In this document: one piece after another, positions 21,893 through 33,176 of the stretch | Position numbering within the stretch: the stretch's first letter is position 1 | Layout of the letters: each line of letters begins with the position of its first letter | Assembly (NCBI GenBank): GCA_021432655.1 | Contig: MU271592.1 | Coordinates: 1-41,010, forward strand | From: Atractiella rhizophila | Lineage: Eukaryota | Reading direction: 5' to 3' | Length of the DNA: 41,010 nt | Made by a program: the position numbers and the translations under genes | The notes under the pieces: generated by a model | The model's input: the letters and a program-made list of their open reading frames with translations, nothing else | Told to the model about the DNA's origin: nothing | Databases searched by the model: none

Positions 21893-24610
21893 TTACACTA
21901 TGCCTAACATTCTGCACATTCTCCCTACAGGACTCTCCCTATTCCTAACGACGCAGATCGCTGCTTCCTTCCAAGTCTGCAACTTCACAAATCCAATTCC
22001 ACCCCCTTTACCTTCGGCTAATAAGTAACCCCCACTCGTTACTCTGCCAATGAGATCCAATGCACTTTCAGAATCCACTTCAATCACTTCCTTCCAACCA
22101 GTCTTCGTACCTTTCTCACGGTAAGGAGAAGTCTTGGGGTTCCGAATGGAATAGACGAAGGCAAAGGGTTCGACCGTGCCTCGGGAGAGAGGTTCAAGGC
22201 GAACGGGAACAATGCAATTGCTCAGGTCTGATGGAGAGAGAGGAGGATCCAGAGGCGGCATATCTCGTGATTTTCGGAGACGAGCTATTTCACCAGAAAG
22301 CATATCTAGCGAAGGATTTTTGGGGAGAGATTGCCAAAGAGCACCGCGGATCCAAAGGGGCTCTTCCTCCTTTTCCTCTGGGGCGAGTCCTTGGTCTACA
22401 TCGTCTTCCTCCTCCCCAACGACATGATCGACATCCATCTCTTCTTCATCTCCTTCGACTGCCTCATCAGGACGTTGGCTCAGAGGCCAGAGCCGAAAAG
22501 CGTCGTCCCATAATTCTCCCAACCCATTCGGCAGCTCGCACTTTCCACGAGGTCGTTTCCCCCACTTCTCCTTCCCTCCCTCATCGAGCTTACTGCTGTC
22601 ATCGCCTAGCCAGTCTGCTGGCCAGGCAGGCTCATTCGCCTCCAGGGCAACATGCCGTACATTGTGAAGCCCTAGTACACGTGGTTGGACGTATACTAAA
22701 GAGTGAAAGAGGGGGACTGTCCAAGGCCGGGGATGTAGGATCGTTATCCTCTTCGAGAACGATGTAGAAGAGAAAAGTAGGAGCAGCGGGAGGTGGTCAG
22801 ATCCATCGGTTGGATGAAGTGGTGCAGAAGGGATAAGCGCCTGAGATTATGGCATTTAGTTTGTCAAGGGAAGGCGCTATGACGACTTACCTTCGACCGT
22901 AATTCGTCCAGGTCTTTCTTCGTCGCTTTTGGACCTTTTCTTTCATCTCGCTCCCATAACCTGCCCATAGCCAACTGGGTACCATTGAACACTTTCGCAT
23001 AATCCAGTTCCCCGTCTGAGCGCTCCGAGGCGTGCTTGAGTTTCGGTGGGAAGCTGTCAGCAGTTTCACCTTTCAAGCTGAAATGAAAGTATTAAAGTCA
23101 CCTGAGTCGAGGATCCCAAACTTGCAATCCGACGACCGTGTTATTGGGCATCGCATCGACACCTAACTTTCTGATCTCCTCCCATTCCTAATCACCGCAA
23201 TGCATCAAATTATCTCCCTTCGCTAATAAAACATACCATGTCACATGCCATGCCTGTGCAGCTTACGCATGCATCCAAAACCTCGAGTGCCCTTTCGCCA
23301 CCAAGATGGAGTACTCCAATATCATCTGACGCAACACGGATGGCAATAGGTCTCTCGACATCTTTCGTGCCAAGCTTCTCGCAGAATTTTGTTGCTCCTT
23401 CAGTGAGCACCTCAAGAAGATGCGATTGCTGGAGCGGCTGTTTATGCAACATGTCAAGACAGCTGCCGCATAGAAGAAAGGTCATTGAAAGGAACAAACG
23501 GACATGAGCAATGATAAACAGTTTGGCAATCTCTTCGTTTTCCTGCTCTGGTTGAAAGACCATCTCTAATGGTCCAACGAGCCCTCTCGGATACGCGTTC
23601 CATTCGTAGGCGGTAACTCTCATCACTCTCTTCCCGCTCGCATCGCTAGCTTGAGTAATCAGCACGCGGAGAATGAAGGAGAGAGGATAGCCACCGTCTT
23701 TCTCCAGGGTCTAAGATGCCGTCTAACAGGTTCAAGAGCCAGGAACGTGGCCACTCAACTTCGATAATGCTGTGGTAGGATGCGTCGTGGACGGTGCATC
23801 CGTGCAGAGAGGCACGATACGTCGCGCGGTGAGTCTTCTCTGTCGGTCGGTGTGCCTGGGATACCATTAGTAGATGATTAAGATCGAAGTATCGAAGATG
23901 GGACTGCGCCAGGAGCCCTTGATTACATGGAGTGCAGCAGATTGATGGAGGTCACCAGCAACAACTACATGATAGCCACTGATAATAGCCTTTCGTCAAA
24001 GATTCATAACATCAGAAGCTCAGGCAGTTGACAGCCAAAGGTCAATATTGCCTCGTTTCATTTTGAAGCATCTTGAATGTAATTAATGGGTACTAAAGAG
24101 ATACTTACTAGTCTAAATCCCCATACGTCGACCATATGCATTCTTTTAGCATGCCACAGATGAGTGTTAAGCCACTTCTTCTCGCTTTGTCTCCTGGCCC
24201 ATCTAATATACATTTCTCAGTCTTTCGATCCTACATGAAGAGGGCCGTACAAACCTTGCCATGTCTTCTCCCTTCTTCCCCTTCTTCTTCTTCGTCCCCA
24301 TCTTTTTATGGTCAAGCTCCCTCTTAGCCCTCTGTCTCAACCGCTCTGGCACGCGTCTGACATTCCAGCTCGCTGCTCTTCGCTTGAGATGTCGAGGAAG
24401 GGTCTGGAAAGCTTGTTTATTCGACGCTTCTTTGGAACTGTGAATGGCGCGGGATAAGGAGGCGAGTTCGTGCGACCGCGAGGATAGAAAGGCTGGGACT
24501 GAGAGATTTGCTTGCGCTGAGGAGGATGGAGTCGTCGACGTCGAGGCACCGGAAGGGATGGACCGTAGCGCTCGCATGCGTTTGCGCTTGTCGGATGCGT
24601 TTGTGGACAT
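21893..24610 (-). CDS. POP1: RNase P/MRP protein subunit Pop1
   Basis: FQTLPRHLKRRAASWNVRRVP, WLNTHLWHAKRMHM..WGFRL, HDASY, POPLD-like HPRPWTVPLFHSL...EPAWPADW...WGKRPRGK, C-terminal IGRVTSGGYLLAEGKGGGIGFV...VVRN. Confidence 0.93.
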
Positions 24611-25301
24611 TTTTTCAAAGAGGCCTATGACACAATTGAATATCAGGCTCATTGAGTTCGGGAGAGATAGAACTAAAAGGGAGCGACCCCGAAGAAACAC
24701 GGCAAAGCAGAACGTTCCTCAGGAAAGCATTTGACCAGACACCTCGTCCTGCTCTTTTATCATTGAATCGATCCATTCCTACGTAACACCAAATTCCAAC
24801 TTGGGCACAGTAAAGAAACAAAGGGATTGTAATGTTAATGTTCGTCGTTCGAGACGTTTAGAGGCAAGCACAATGCCTTTAGTAACAAAAATTCTTGAAG
24901 AACAATCTTTCTGTCGCGAGCTGATCTTCATAAGAGGAAATGCAACTTGCTTGCTTTCGGGCTCCCCAATCGATGGACGCAATATGATGAAAGAAACCGT
25001 CGATTCAGCGCAGGGCTAAACGACCAAACGAGAAATGTGAAGTGAGAAACAACGATGACTGAAAGGCCCGAATGTTAATTTGAAAACACAAGCCAACGTT
25101 ATTTATCCGAAGCTTGCCCCGGATAACGGATTCAAACAGCCGGAGAGTGAACCGAACCGGACAACTTGGCCAGCACGCGACCTGAATTCACGTGAATCCG
25201 GTCAATCCAATAAGAAGACGCGCATTCCGCTCAGCCCAGTTTTCACCAACACTCAGACACTCTTAGACACTACCCATATCGTCATATCAGCAAGAAACGA
25301 C

Positions 25302-27529
25302 ATGGCCGCAGAGAAACAGCTTCGCCAGTTGAGCAGGGAGGAGGTGAAAAAGGTGCGCATCTCTACCAACCTTGGACGGGGCTGACATTTCGTTTGGTTG
25401 CTAGCACAACACCCCGGAGTCTCTGTGGATTATCATTGACACCTATGTCTACGATATCACCAAGTTTGCTGATATGCATCCTGGAGGAGCAGCGGTGCTG
25501 TACGACAAGGAGGTCATGGGACAAGATTCGACGGATGTCTTCTTTGGCCTCCACCGTGCTGAGGTGCTGAAGAAGTAAGCTCTTTCTTTCTAAGTATCGC
25601 TCTGGGAGAAGGTGCGGTGTTGATGCATTGATTTACGAAGGTATCAACGTCTTATTGTCGGACGCATAGCCGGCGAAAAGACCAAGATCATCATCCGTGC
25701 TCCGGGCACACAATCTCAAGTCCCATATGCCGAGCCTATGTGGTTAACGAAGGGATACTACTCCCCATACTACAATGTGAGCTTTGTCGCTTTTTCCTGA
25801 AGAACGGCAAAGGTATTGATGTAGTTTTGTTTGTAGGATTCGCACAGGCGCCTCCAACAGTACATGAGGAAATTTGTGGACGAGCATGTTGTCGAGCACG
25901 CCCAAGAAATCGAGCAGTCGAATGAGCGGCCCGATCCCGAGCTCATCAAAGAGATGGGCAGGCGCTACATCAACCACATGAGGTTGGGACCTGGCAAACA
26001 TCTCCATGGCTTGACATTACCCGGAGATGTGAAGGGAGAGGAATTCGACTACTTCCACGAGTCTGTCTCTCTCTCCAACTTCCCTATCTTTGCTCACCAG
26101 CCACTGCAACAGGCTGATCGTCACCCAAGAACTCTCGCGTATTGCAGCACGTGGAGCGGCTGATGGTCTCCAGGGAGGAATGGTCATTGGGCTACCGCCA
26201 GTTCTCAACTTTGGCTCTCCAGCGGTGAAGAAGGAGGTCATTGAGCCCGTCCTTAAGGGAGAGAAATTCATCTCACTTGCCATTTCAGAAGGTGAGCTTT
26301 TCGTCTTTGAATGCGTGGGACAATCCTGACGTTACATTCCAAAGCCTTCGCTGGTTCTGATGTCGCGCAGCTGAGGTGTACGGCTACGAAGACGGAGGAT
26401 GGAAAGTTTTGGATCATCAATGGAACGAAGAAGTGGATCACGAACGGCCAGTTCTCAGACTACTTCACCACTGTATGTGCCATCCCAATCGCTTACGCAA
26501 GAACCAAATTAAAGGCCTATCTGTAGGGATGCAACACTGGCAAAGGTCTCACCGCCATCCTTGTTCCCCGAATTGAAGGTGTGGAAACGAAGCAGATGAC
26601 GACGTCTTATTCCAAGGCGGCTGGCACTGCGTACATCACCTACGACAATGTGAAGGTTCCAGTGGAGTACACCCTTGGGCAAGAGAACAAGGGTATTTAC
26701 GTTATCTTGTCCAACTTCAATCACGGTATGTCTCCCGTCTCAATTTTCATGACCTGGTGCTGAAGGAATCGGCAGAACGGTGGGTCATGTGCTGTGGTGT
26801 CACCCGTGGAACAAGAGCCATCGTTGAAGAGTGCTTCAAATGGTTAGTCTCCTGCATTCTTCCGTCTTTTTGGGCTCCACCGACACCTGTGGGAAACGTA
26901 GGGCTCATCAACGCAAAGTGTTCGGCAAGCCACTTATCTCTCAACCCGTCATCCGCCAAAAATTCTCCCACATGTTCGCCAAGGTCGAAGCCGGCCAAAG
27001 CTGGCTAGAAACCGTTACCTATCAAAGTGCGTTTTCTTCCTTCTTCAATCTAAGAATCCTTTTGACGAGTTGATTGGATGGATGTAGTGACGCACATGAA
27101 CTACGCCCAACAATCCGATCTGGTCGCTGGCCAGATTGCTCTCCTCAAACAGTACCTCACCAGGATTGCCCATGAGGTGGCAGACGAGGCAGTTCAGATT
27201 TTCGGTGGCAGGTCAGTATCCCTCCTCCATTTTACAGGTGACGAAGTGGACGGTAACTGACGTTGGATTTGCAGAGGAATCACCAAGACCGGAATGGGCA
27301 AGCACGTCGAGATGTTCCAACGAAGTTACAAATTCGATTCAATTTTGGGTTCGTCCTCCCGCTCTCTTCCTCTTCAAAGCTTTAGATTGAACATTTGTCG
27401 TTTTAGGTGGTGCCGAGGAGGTTTTGGGAGACCTAGGAGTTCGGCAAGCAATGAAAAAGGTGCGATTTTAGACCCCTCTCCCACTATATTTGTTGACACT
27501 TTCTGCAGATGCCTCCTGCTGTTCTCTAG
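25302..27529 (+). CDS. Acyl-CoA dehydrogenase with N-terminal cytochrome b5-like domain
   Basis: YDITKFADMHPGG (b5); LAISE|AFAGSDVA, INGTKKWITNG, NFNH|ERW, RKVFGKPL, AVQIFGGR|GIT, ILG|GAEEVLGDLGVRQ; ends MKK|MPPAVL*. Confidence 0.93.
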
Positions 27530-28057
27530 AGCAACTTGCATCACAACCAGTTCTTCTGCTACACGGCGCCGTTCGTTCTATTCCATGTTTGACTCTTTTC
27601 CGTTATCTAGTCCTCACGCACTGTGAATACTACTATTTTTGTGTGCAAGAGAATGAGGATATTTTATTTCCATCTACTAGTTCTAGTTCACGGTGGTAAA
27701 TAAGGCTAGGCAGCAGCGGTAAAGTAGTTATTTGAGTAAACTTCAAACGAGAGACAGTTGTAATGAGTGAATGCTGCAGGCTATATTTTGACAAACAACC
27801 GCTGAACAGATTTGTGACAAGCCAAAACAATGTTTGGCAAGTAAAGGAACGAGTGAACTGTCCATCTTCTCAATCCGAAAAGAGCAAGGGAAAACGAATC
27901 CTAAAATGTCCGTTCAAAGCTGAAGAACGAGGGAAACTCTACGCTGTGCATGAACGAAAGCAGAGATAAGGTTTTGCGAAAGGCACAGTCTAAACCGGTG
28001 AAAGCAGCGAGAAAGAACGAAGTGTCCATAAAAACAACCAGAAAGTTACACAATCAA

Positions 28058-29506
28058 TCAAGAGTCCTTCTCCTCCTCGTCGACGAAGATGTCAATGAGT
28101 ACGGCCTCCGAATCATCATCAGGAAGTCGTATCCGTCCTTCTTCTTCCTCGTCTGTACAAAGGCAAGAAGCGATGATAGACAGGAGTCCGAAGAGGGGGA
28201 GACCGAAGAGGAGAGCGAAAAGGGATAGACGGTAAAAGTAGTTGAAAACCGCTCCCTTTCGTTTCTTCGCGCTAGGAGTGCTCGTGGGAGTGGAAGTGGG
28301 TCGGGAAGCAGGTCTTGGAGACGGTCGAGAAGAGGGTCGGCGATTTGGAGCACCCAACGAGCGCATCCGCTCCATCTCCGCCTCCCACGCTGCGCAATCT
28401 GTATCCTTCTCAACTACTGCGTCACTCTCTCCTTCGACTCGAACGATCCCTTTGCGCCCGTCCTTCCTGCACTGGATCCTCAGAAACTTCGCACTGGAGG
28501 GTAAGAGGTCGGAGAGGTCGAAAGGCTCGTTAGTGGAGAGGGGAGGAGAAGTGTCAGAGAACAGGGAGGAGAGCAGGTACAAGGTGGAGAAATGGTGCCG
28601 ATGGCGATGCTGGGAGCGGGAGAGTGATGAGCGTCGTGGTGGATGGAGAGAGTATGACTGGGTGAAAGGGGAACGTGTGATGTTGAACAATGGAACCGAG
28701 ACAGAAGTTTCCTTTACAATTCCAGTGGGATAAATAATTGCCATGAATGAGGAAAGATAAGTGACGCACAGGGATGGACAATTGCATAGTCCACATCTCC
28801 TTCCTCTTCGGCCTCATGATGAATCGGAACTGACTCCTCTTCTCCATCTCCTTCCATTCAGCATCCTTCTCTTCTACATCTGAACTCAATAGCTTCACAA
28901 GTGAAACTGTGATGTTTGCACGCTCCTCGTTCTCCTCGCGTCGAGAAAAGGGGGAAGAGGTTTCGTAGGTAAGAGAATGGGGAAAGAGGAACAGTGAGTT
29001 GTCTGCGTAGGAAGGGAGTGGGAGGTGGTATGTCTGTTGAGTAAAATCAATTAGCGCGACAAGTCAACATCCAGAAAGGAAAAAAGAGAAGAACGCGAAC
29101 CTTTGTCTCAAAAGTGAGCGAATTGTCAACTGTGTTGAGCGAAAGAAGAATCTCTCTCTCCCCTGTCTCAGTATCTAAGAACTCGTCCACATGGGTCCTA
29201 AGGACGAATTTGATGCCCTCCTCCTCGACGTTCTGCTCCATCCGGATATCGAAGCCAGCATATCCCCCTTCCTCACCCAACCTTCCCGACACAGAACAGT
29301 CAACCAACCCTGCCTTCTGTGCATGTCCAAAACTCACCTGACAAACCCTCCCCCCCCTCTCCCCTCTCTAAGGCTCTCACGCTTCCCCTGACCAATCTCC
29401 TAGCCTGCCTATTCCATGTCTTGACCCTCAACCCGCTTCCATCCTCATCCGACTCATTCAACGATGCAAGATTCAAAAGGTTGAAGAACCACAACGGCAA
29501 CCTCAT
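28058..29506 (-). CDS. Hypothetical protein with C-terminal hydrophobic segment; weak CIA30/NDUFAF1-like resemblance
   Basis: Exons join via introns 29034-29100 and ~28712-28769. Motifs GGYAGF, SVSVPLFNI and PFDLSDL..LRIQCRK, plus TM-like LSLFALLFGLPLFGLLSIIASCL. The first junction (~29280-29360, G8 run) is unresolved. Confidence 0.55.
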
Positions 29507-29937
29507 TGTAATTGGTTTAAGGAAGGAATAAAGGAAGGTAAGGGTGAGAAGGGGGAAGTGATTGGGAAAGAAAAGAGAGACGGATGTTATGTAGACGGTC
29601 GTTTCGTCGCCTGCCTTCCTAGAGTCGGATCAGCAGTGCAAAGTACCGAACGGCCGGTTGTTGCTCTGACACTTGCGTTTTCCGTTACCAACCGCACTTT
29701 CGCTTGTTGCATATCTAATAGCCTGCACTTAGGCACGGGTTCACTCAGAATTACTCTATGCAGCTGGCCACGTTGAAGCATGCCGAGGTAATTGTTTGGA
29801 TCATGAGCAGAACTCGGAACAAGACGATACTGTCTGAAGATGGAGCATAGGCATGATCATACTTTTCACCAGAGTATGGCATACAGAATGAAGAAGATGA
29901 TGGTAATGTAATGGCCTCGAAGACGGCGACCTGCAAT

Positions 29938-30745
29938 TTATACCCTGCATCATGATCAACAAACAGTTCCCTATGAGAGGTAGAATAAACGAACTTGAAA
30001 CCCCGCGACTTTCTTCGTCCCCTGGCCTTCTCGAACTTCCTTCCCTTGGAAATGACGTATGGCTTCTTGTGCTATTCTCCCACAAAACCACCCACTCATC
30101 AGTTCCGTTCCTTATTTTTGCAGCATGCCCAACAAAAATAAACATTTGAAGAGAAGACAAACCTTGTGCGGTCCCATGCCGAAATGTCTAACTGCCTCCC
30201 TCGCCGTCTTCTTACCCCTCAACAAGACGGTATTAGCACCGGTGGGAGCCCTTGTCGCGAGCTGATCGAGCGTGATAGCCTCTCCTCCATTTGCCTCAAT
30301 CCTCGCCTTGGCCGTCTTCGTGAACCTGAGGGCAGCAACGGAGAGCTTAGGAACCTCGTAAATCCTCGCGTCATCAGTGATGGTGCCGACGACGACGACA
30401 GTCTTGCCGTCCTTTCCTTTTGTTTGACGAACGATGTTGGACACTGATACGGGAGGTCGGTTGATGCGGGATTGGAAGAGTCGTTTGAGGATCACTTTGT
30501 TGAAGGGGGCATCGGTACGGCGAGCAAGGAAGCGGTAGAGCTATTCCATCCAGAACTCAACATGGGTTGCAACCCAAAGAGAAGAGAAAAAAGCACCTTC
30601 ACAAGCAGAAGGAGGTATGGGTCCTCCGACGCTGGGGCCTTTCGGTGGCCCGATTTGACGTGGTGTTTCTTGAGGTCGATACCCTGCCATGCACATCATC
30701 CTGTCAGTGCCCTATACACTCCGCTAGCAGCTCACGACTGACCAT
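29938..30745 (-). CDS. RPL18: 60S ribosomal protein eL18
   Basis: [39 protein letters not shown]...SRINRPPVS...[11 protein letters not shown]...[31 protein letters not shown]. Confidence 0.97.
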
Positions 30746-30953
30746 CTTTGCACCGTTTTGCAACTCCAAGAGGGAAGAAAAACAAAAAGCCAAAACCCTA
30801 ACCAGCAAAGTCAATTCCGACCGCTTGAAGATTGATGACGGTCGGTTGATGCAGTGATGAAAGATGATGCTGGTGGCGAGTCAAAGGCAAATAAAAACGA
30901 CCACCAAATTTAATTTTCTTGACTTCCGAAAACCAGGCAAAAAAGGAACAAGG
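30746..30953. promoter_or_regulatory. Compact bidirectional promoter (RPL18 / Tra2-like gene)
   Basis: Divergent ATGs only 208 nt apart, with an A/T-tract-rich core. Confidence 0.6.
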
Positions 30954-32094
30954 ATGGCGGACTACAGCAGGGAAAGGAAGAGGTCTTATTCTCCTCAGTA
31001 AGTTTCGTTCATCACCTTGAAAACTTGAAGGAAAACTGAGATTCGCCTGATAGACCCAAAGGACGCGACGAGCCTTATGAATCCCGTCTCGACTCTAAGC
31101 ACCGTGACCATGGATCACGCGAGAATAGTCCTTCAAGGGAAAGAGAACGAGAACGAGACCGTGACCGCAGCGACAGGGACCGTGACTATGACAGAAGGGA
31201 TGGGGAGAAAGGAGAAAGTGGGAGAGACAGGGACAGGGATAGAGATTCGCGTTATTCCTCTACTGCTGCAAGAGGGACGAGGACGAATGGGTCTGCGTCC
31301 GTATGTCTTCCCTACGCAACATTCTGGCATGCAGGAAGTTGATTTGGGTCCGTTGGATGTGTCAGCAAAACCCGCCCTCCAAGTGCGTTGGTGTATTTGG
31401 ACTCAGCATCAGGACGACAGAGAGGGACCTGGAGGACTTGGTGACCAAACATGGGAGGGTTGAGAAGGTAGTTGTCGTGTACGATCAGCGCGTAAGTTTT
31501 GTATCATTGATAGCTTCGACCGGTCCTTACACAATTCGTCGGCGTCAGAGCGCCAGGAGCAGGGGGTTCGCGTTCGTGTATATGGATACTGTTGAAGACG
31601 CCCGAGCCGTTGTTGATGGCCTGAATGGAGTGGTGAGCTCTCGTCCAAGTTCTTTCTCATTCCACTAACACCTTGAGGATCCAGGAGCTCCACGGCCGCA
31701 ACATCCGCGTTGACTACTCTCTGACGTCGAGTGCGCACGATCCCACCCCTGGCCAATACATGGGTTTCAAGGACCGCCGCCCTTCCTATCGCTCCTCTGG
31801 CCCTGGGTCTTATGACCGCTTTTCGAGGGGTTATGAGTATTACAATGGTGGAGGGGCGGAAGATACGACTCTAGCGCTTCCCGTGGCAGAGGAGGAGATA
31901 GGGGCGATTATGAGAGGGAGAGAGAGAAGAGGAGGGATGACTGGTATGAAAAGCATGGAGATCGCGACCGAGAGAGAGAGAGGAGGAAGGATGACGACAG
32001 GGATGGGAGAGAGGAGAGATATAGCTCTAGGAGGAGGGAAGAATCGCCACCGCCGAGGAGGAGCAGGAGCCCAGCCCATAGGTCCAGGGATTAA
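30954..32094 (+). CDS. TRA2: Transformer-2-like SR-related RRM splicing factor; one apparent frameshift
   Basis: RS/RD-rich N-terminus, NPPSKCVGVFGLSIRTTERDL, RSRGFAFVYM, RNIRVDYSLTSSAHDPTPGQYMG. The RD/RS tail ending RRSRSPAHRSRD* needs one extra G at 31853-31856. Confidence 0.88.
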
Positions 32095-33176
32095 AGCCTG
32101 TGGGCCTGTGTCATGTCGCGTTGTCGAGGATCGGATCGGAAGGAACCATAAACCGAGTGTATTTCGTTGGATCATCTCTCTGACGCGCTTGGACGTGGCC
32201 TATTGCACTCAAGACTACGGTACGGAATTCGGGAGAGGAGAAAGTCAGTTTGCGTTTCGTGAAGAGGAGAAGAAGACTTTCAATTTCTATCATGTATCCG
32301 CCGTCTCGTCCCCAGGCCTTCAACTCCCTGCTTTGTTTCATATCTCATCATCAGATCTTCTGCTAATGGCGTTTGTACCCCTTATTCTTTCCATATTTTA
32401 ACAAAAAAAAGACAGGTATGCAGCTGTTCATGACCGAGGAAGAAAGAGCTTCAGTTATCGAACAAGGTCGAGGTTGTTCAAAGTGATCGTATACGAATAT
32501 GAAGATAATTTCTCGAGATCTTGAAGGTGAAGGTCGTCATGAAGACCCTCAGAACATAAGGAGAAGGTGGTTTCTGTTCTGCTTGAAGCAGAATCAGGTA
32601 CTCGCGTCGGCTGAAGCGTCGAAGAGCAAAACCGGCGCACGCGCAAGTGCTGCATGAAATGCCGACTCGACCCTTTGTCGTCGTTGATTCAAGTGGTATC
32701 GGTCAAAGATGGCGCTACCTTCGCGTCAACGATCTAGGGCATACAACCCTGCTAGCGAAGCGAGCCTCGATGTTGCCCATCTCCCGTGGAGTCCCACCGC
32801 GTGGATGATGCGCTGCCTAAAGCCAGCAAGAGCGGGTTCTTCCACAGGCTCTCTATAACCTGCGATTTGTTGTCCACATAGCTAGCTAATCGACAACTTG
32901 TTCTAGGGCCAGACGACAAATCGTTCCCCTATGTTATGCCCTTCTCAGGTGAGCCTTTTTACCCTATTCTTAAGCAGTTCAAGGTGTATGTATACATCTG
33001 CTTTGTGCAATAAATATTTAATGCACTTGGACACTTTGCTTCATTTCAGCACGTGCCATAATCTGAACCCGCGACTATGACCTAACTTGCTATTTCTCTC
33101 CACTCAATCCCGTCGAGTTCGAACGACCATCTCCTCTACACTCGTTTGCATTTCACACTTCTCGTAACGAACCATC

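Noticed and set aside
22540..22600. Suspected frameshift in POP1 upstream of the ORF-track start at 22522
   Set aside because: Re-reading shows a continuous frame (LDEGGKEKWGKRP); the ORF track simply lacked an earlier start codon.
22060..22767. Long antisense ORFs over POP1 and other genes
   Set aside because: Shadow ORFs of real coding exons with no independent motifs.
31857..32401. ORF-track C-terminal extension of the Tra2-like protein
   Set aside because: The alternative frame gives the expected RD/RS tail ending at 32094; the extension is probably a frameshift artefact.
32400..33170. Short ORF and scattered splice-like sites
   Set aside because: No consistent gene model; treated as intergenic/UTR.
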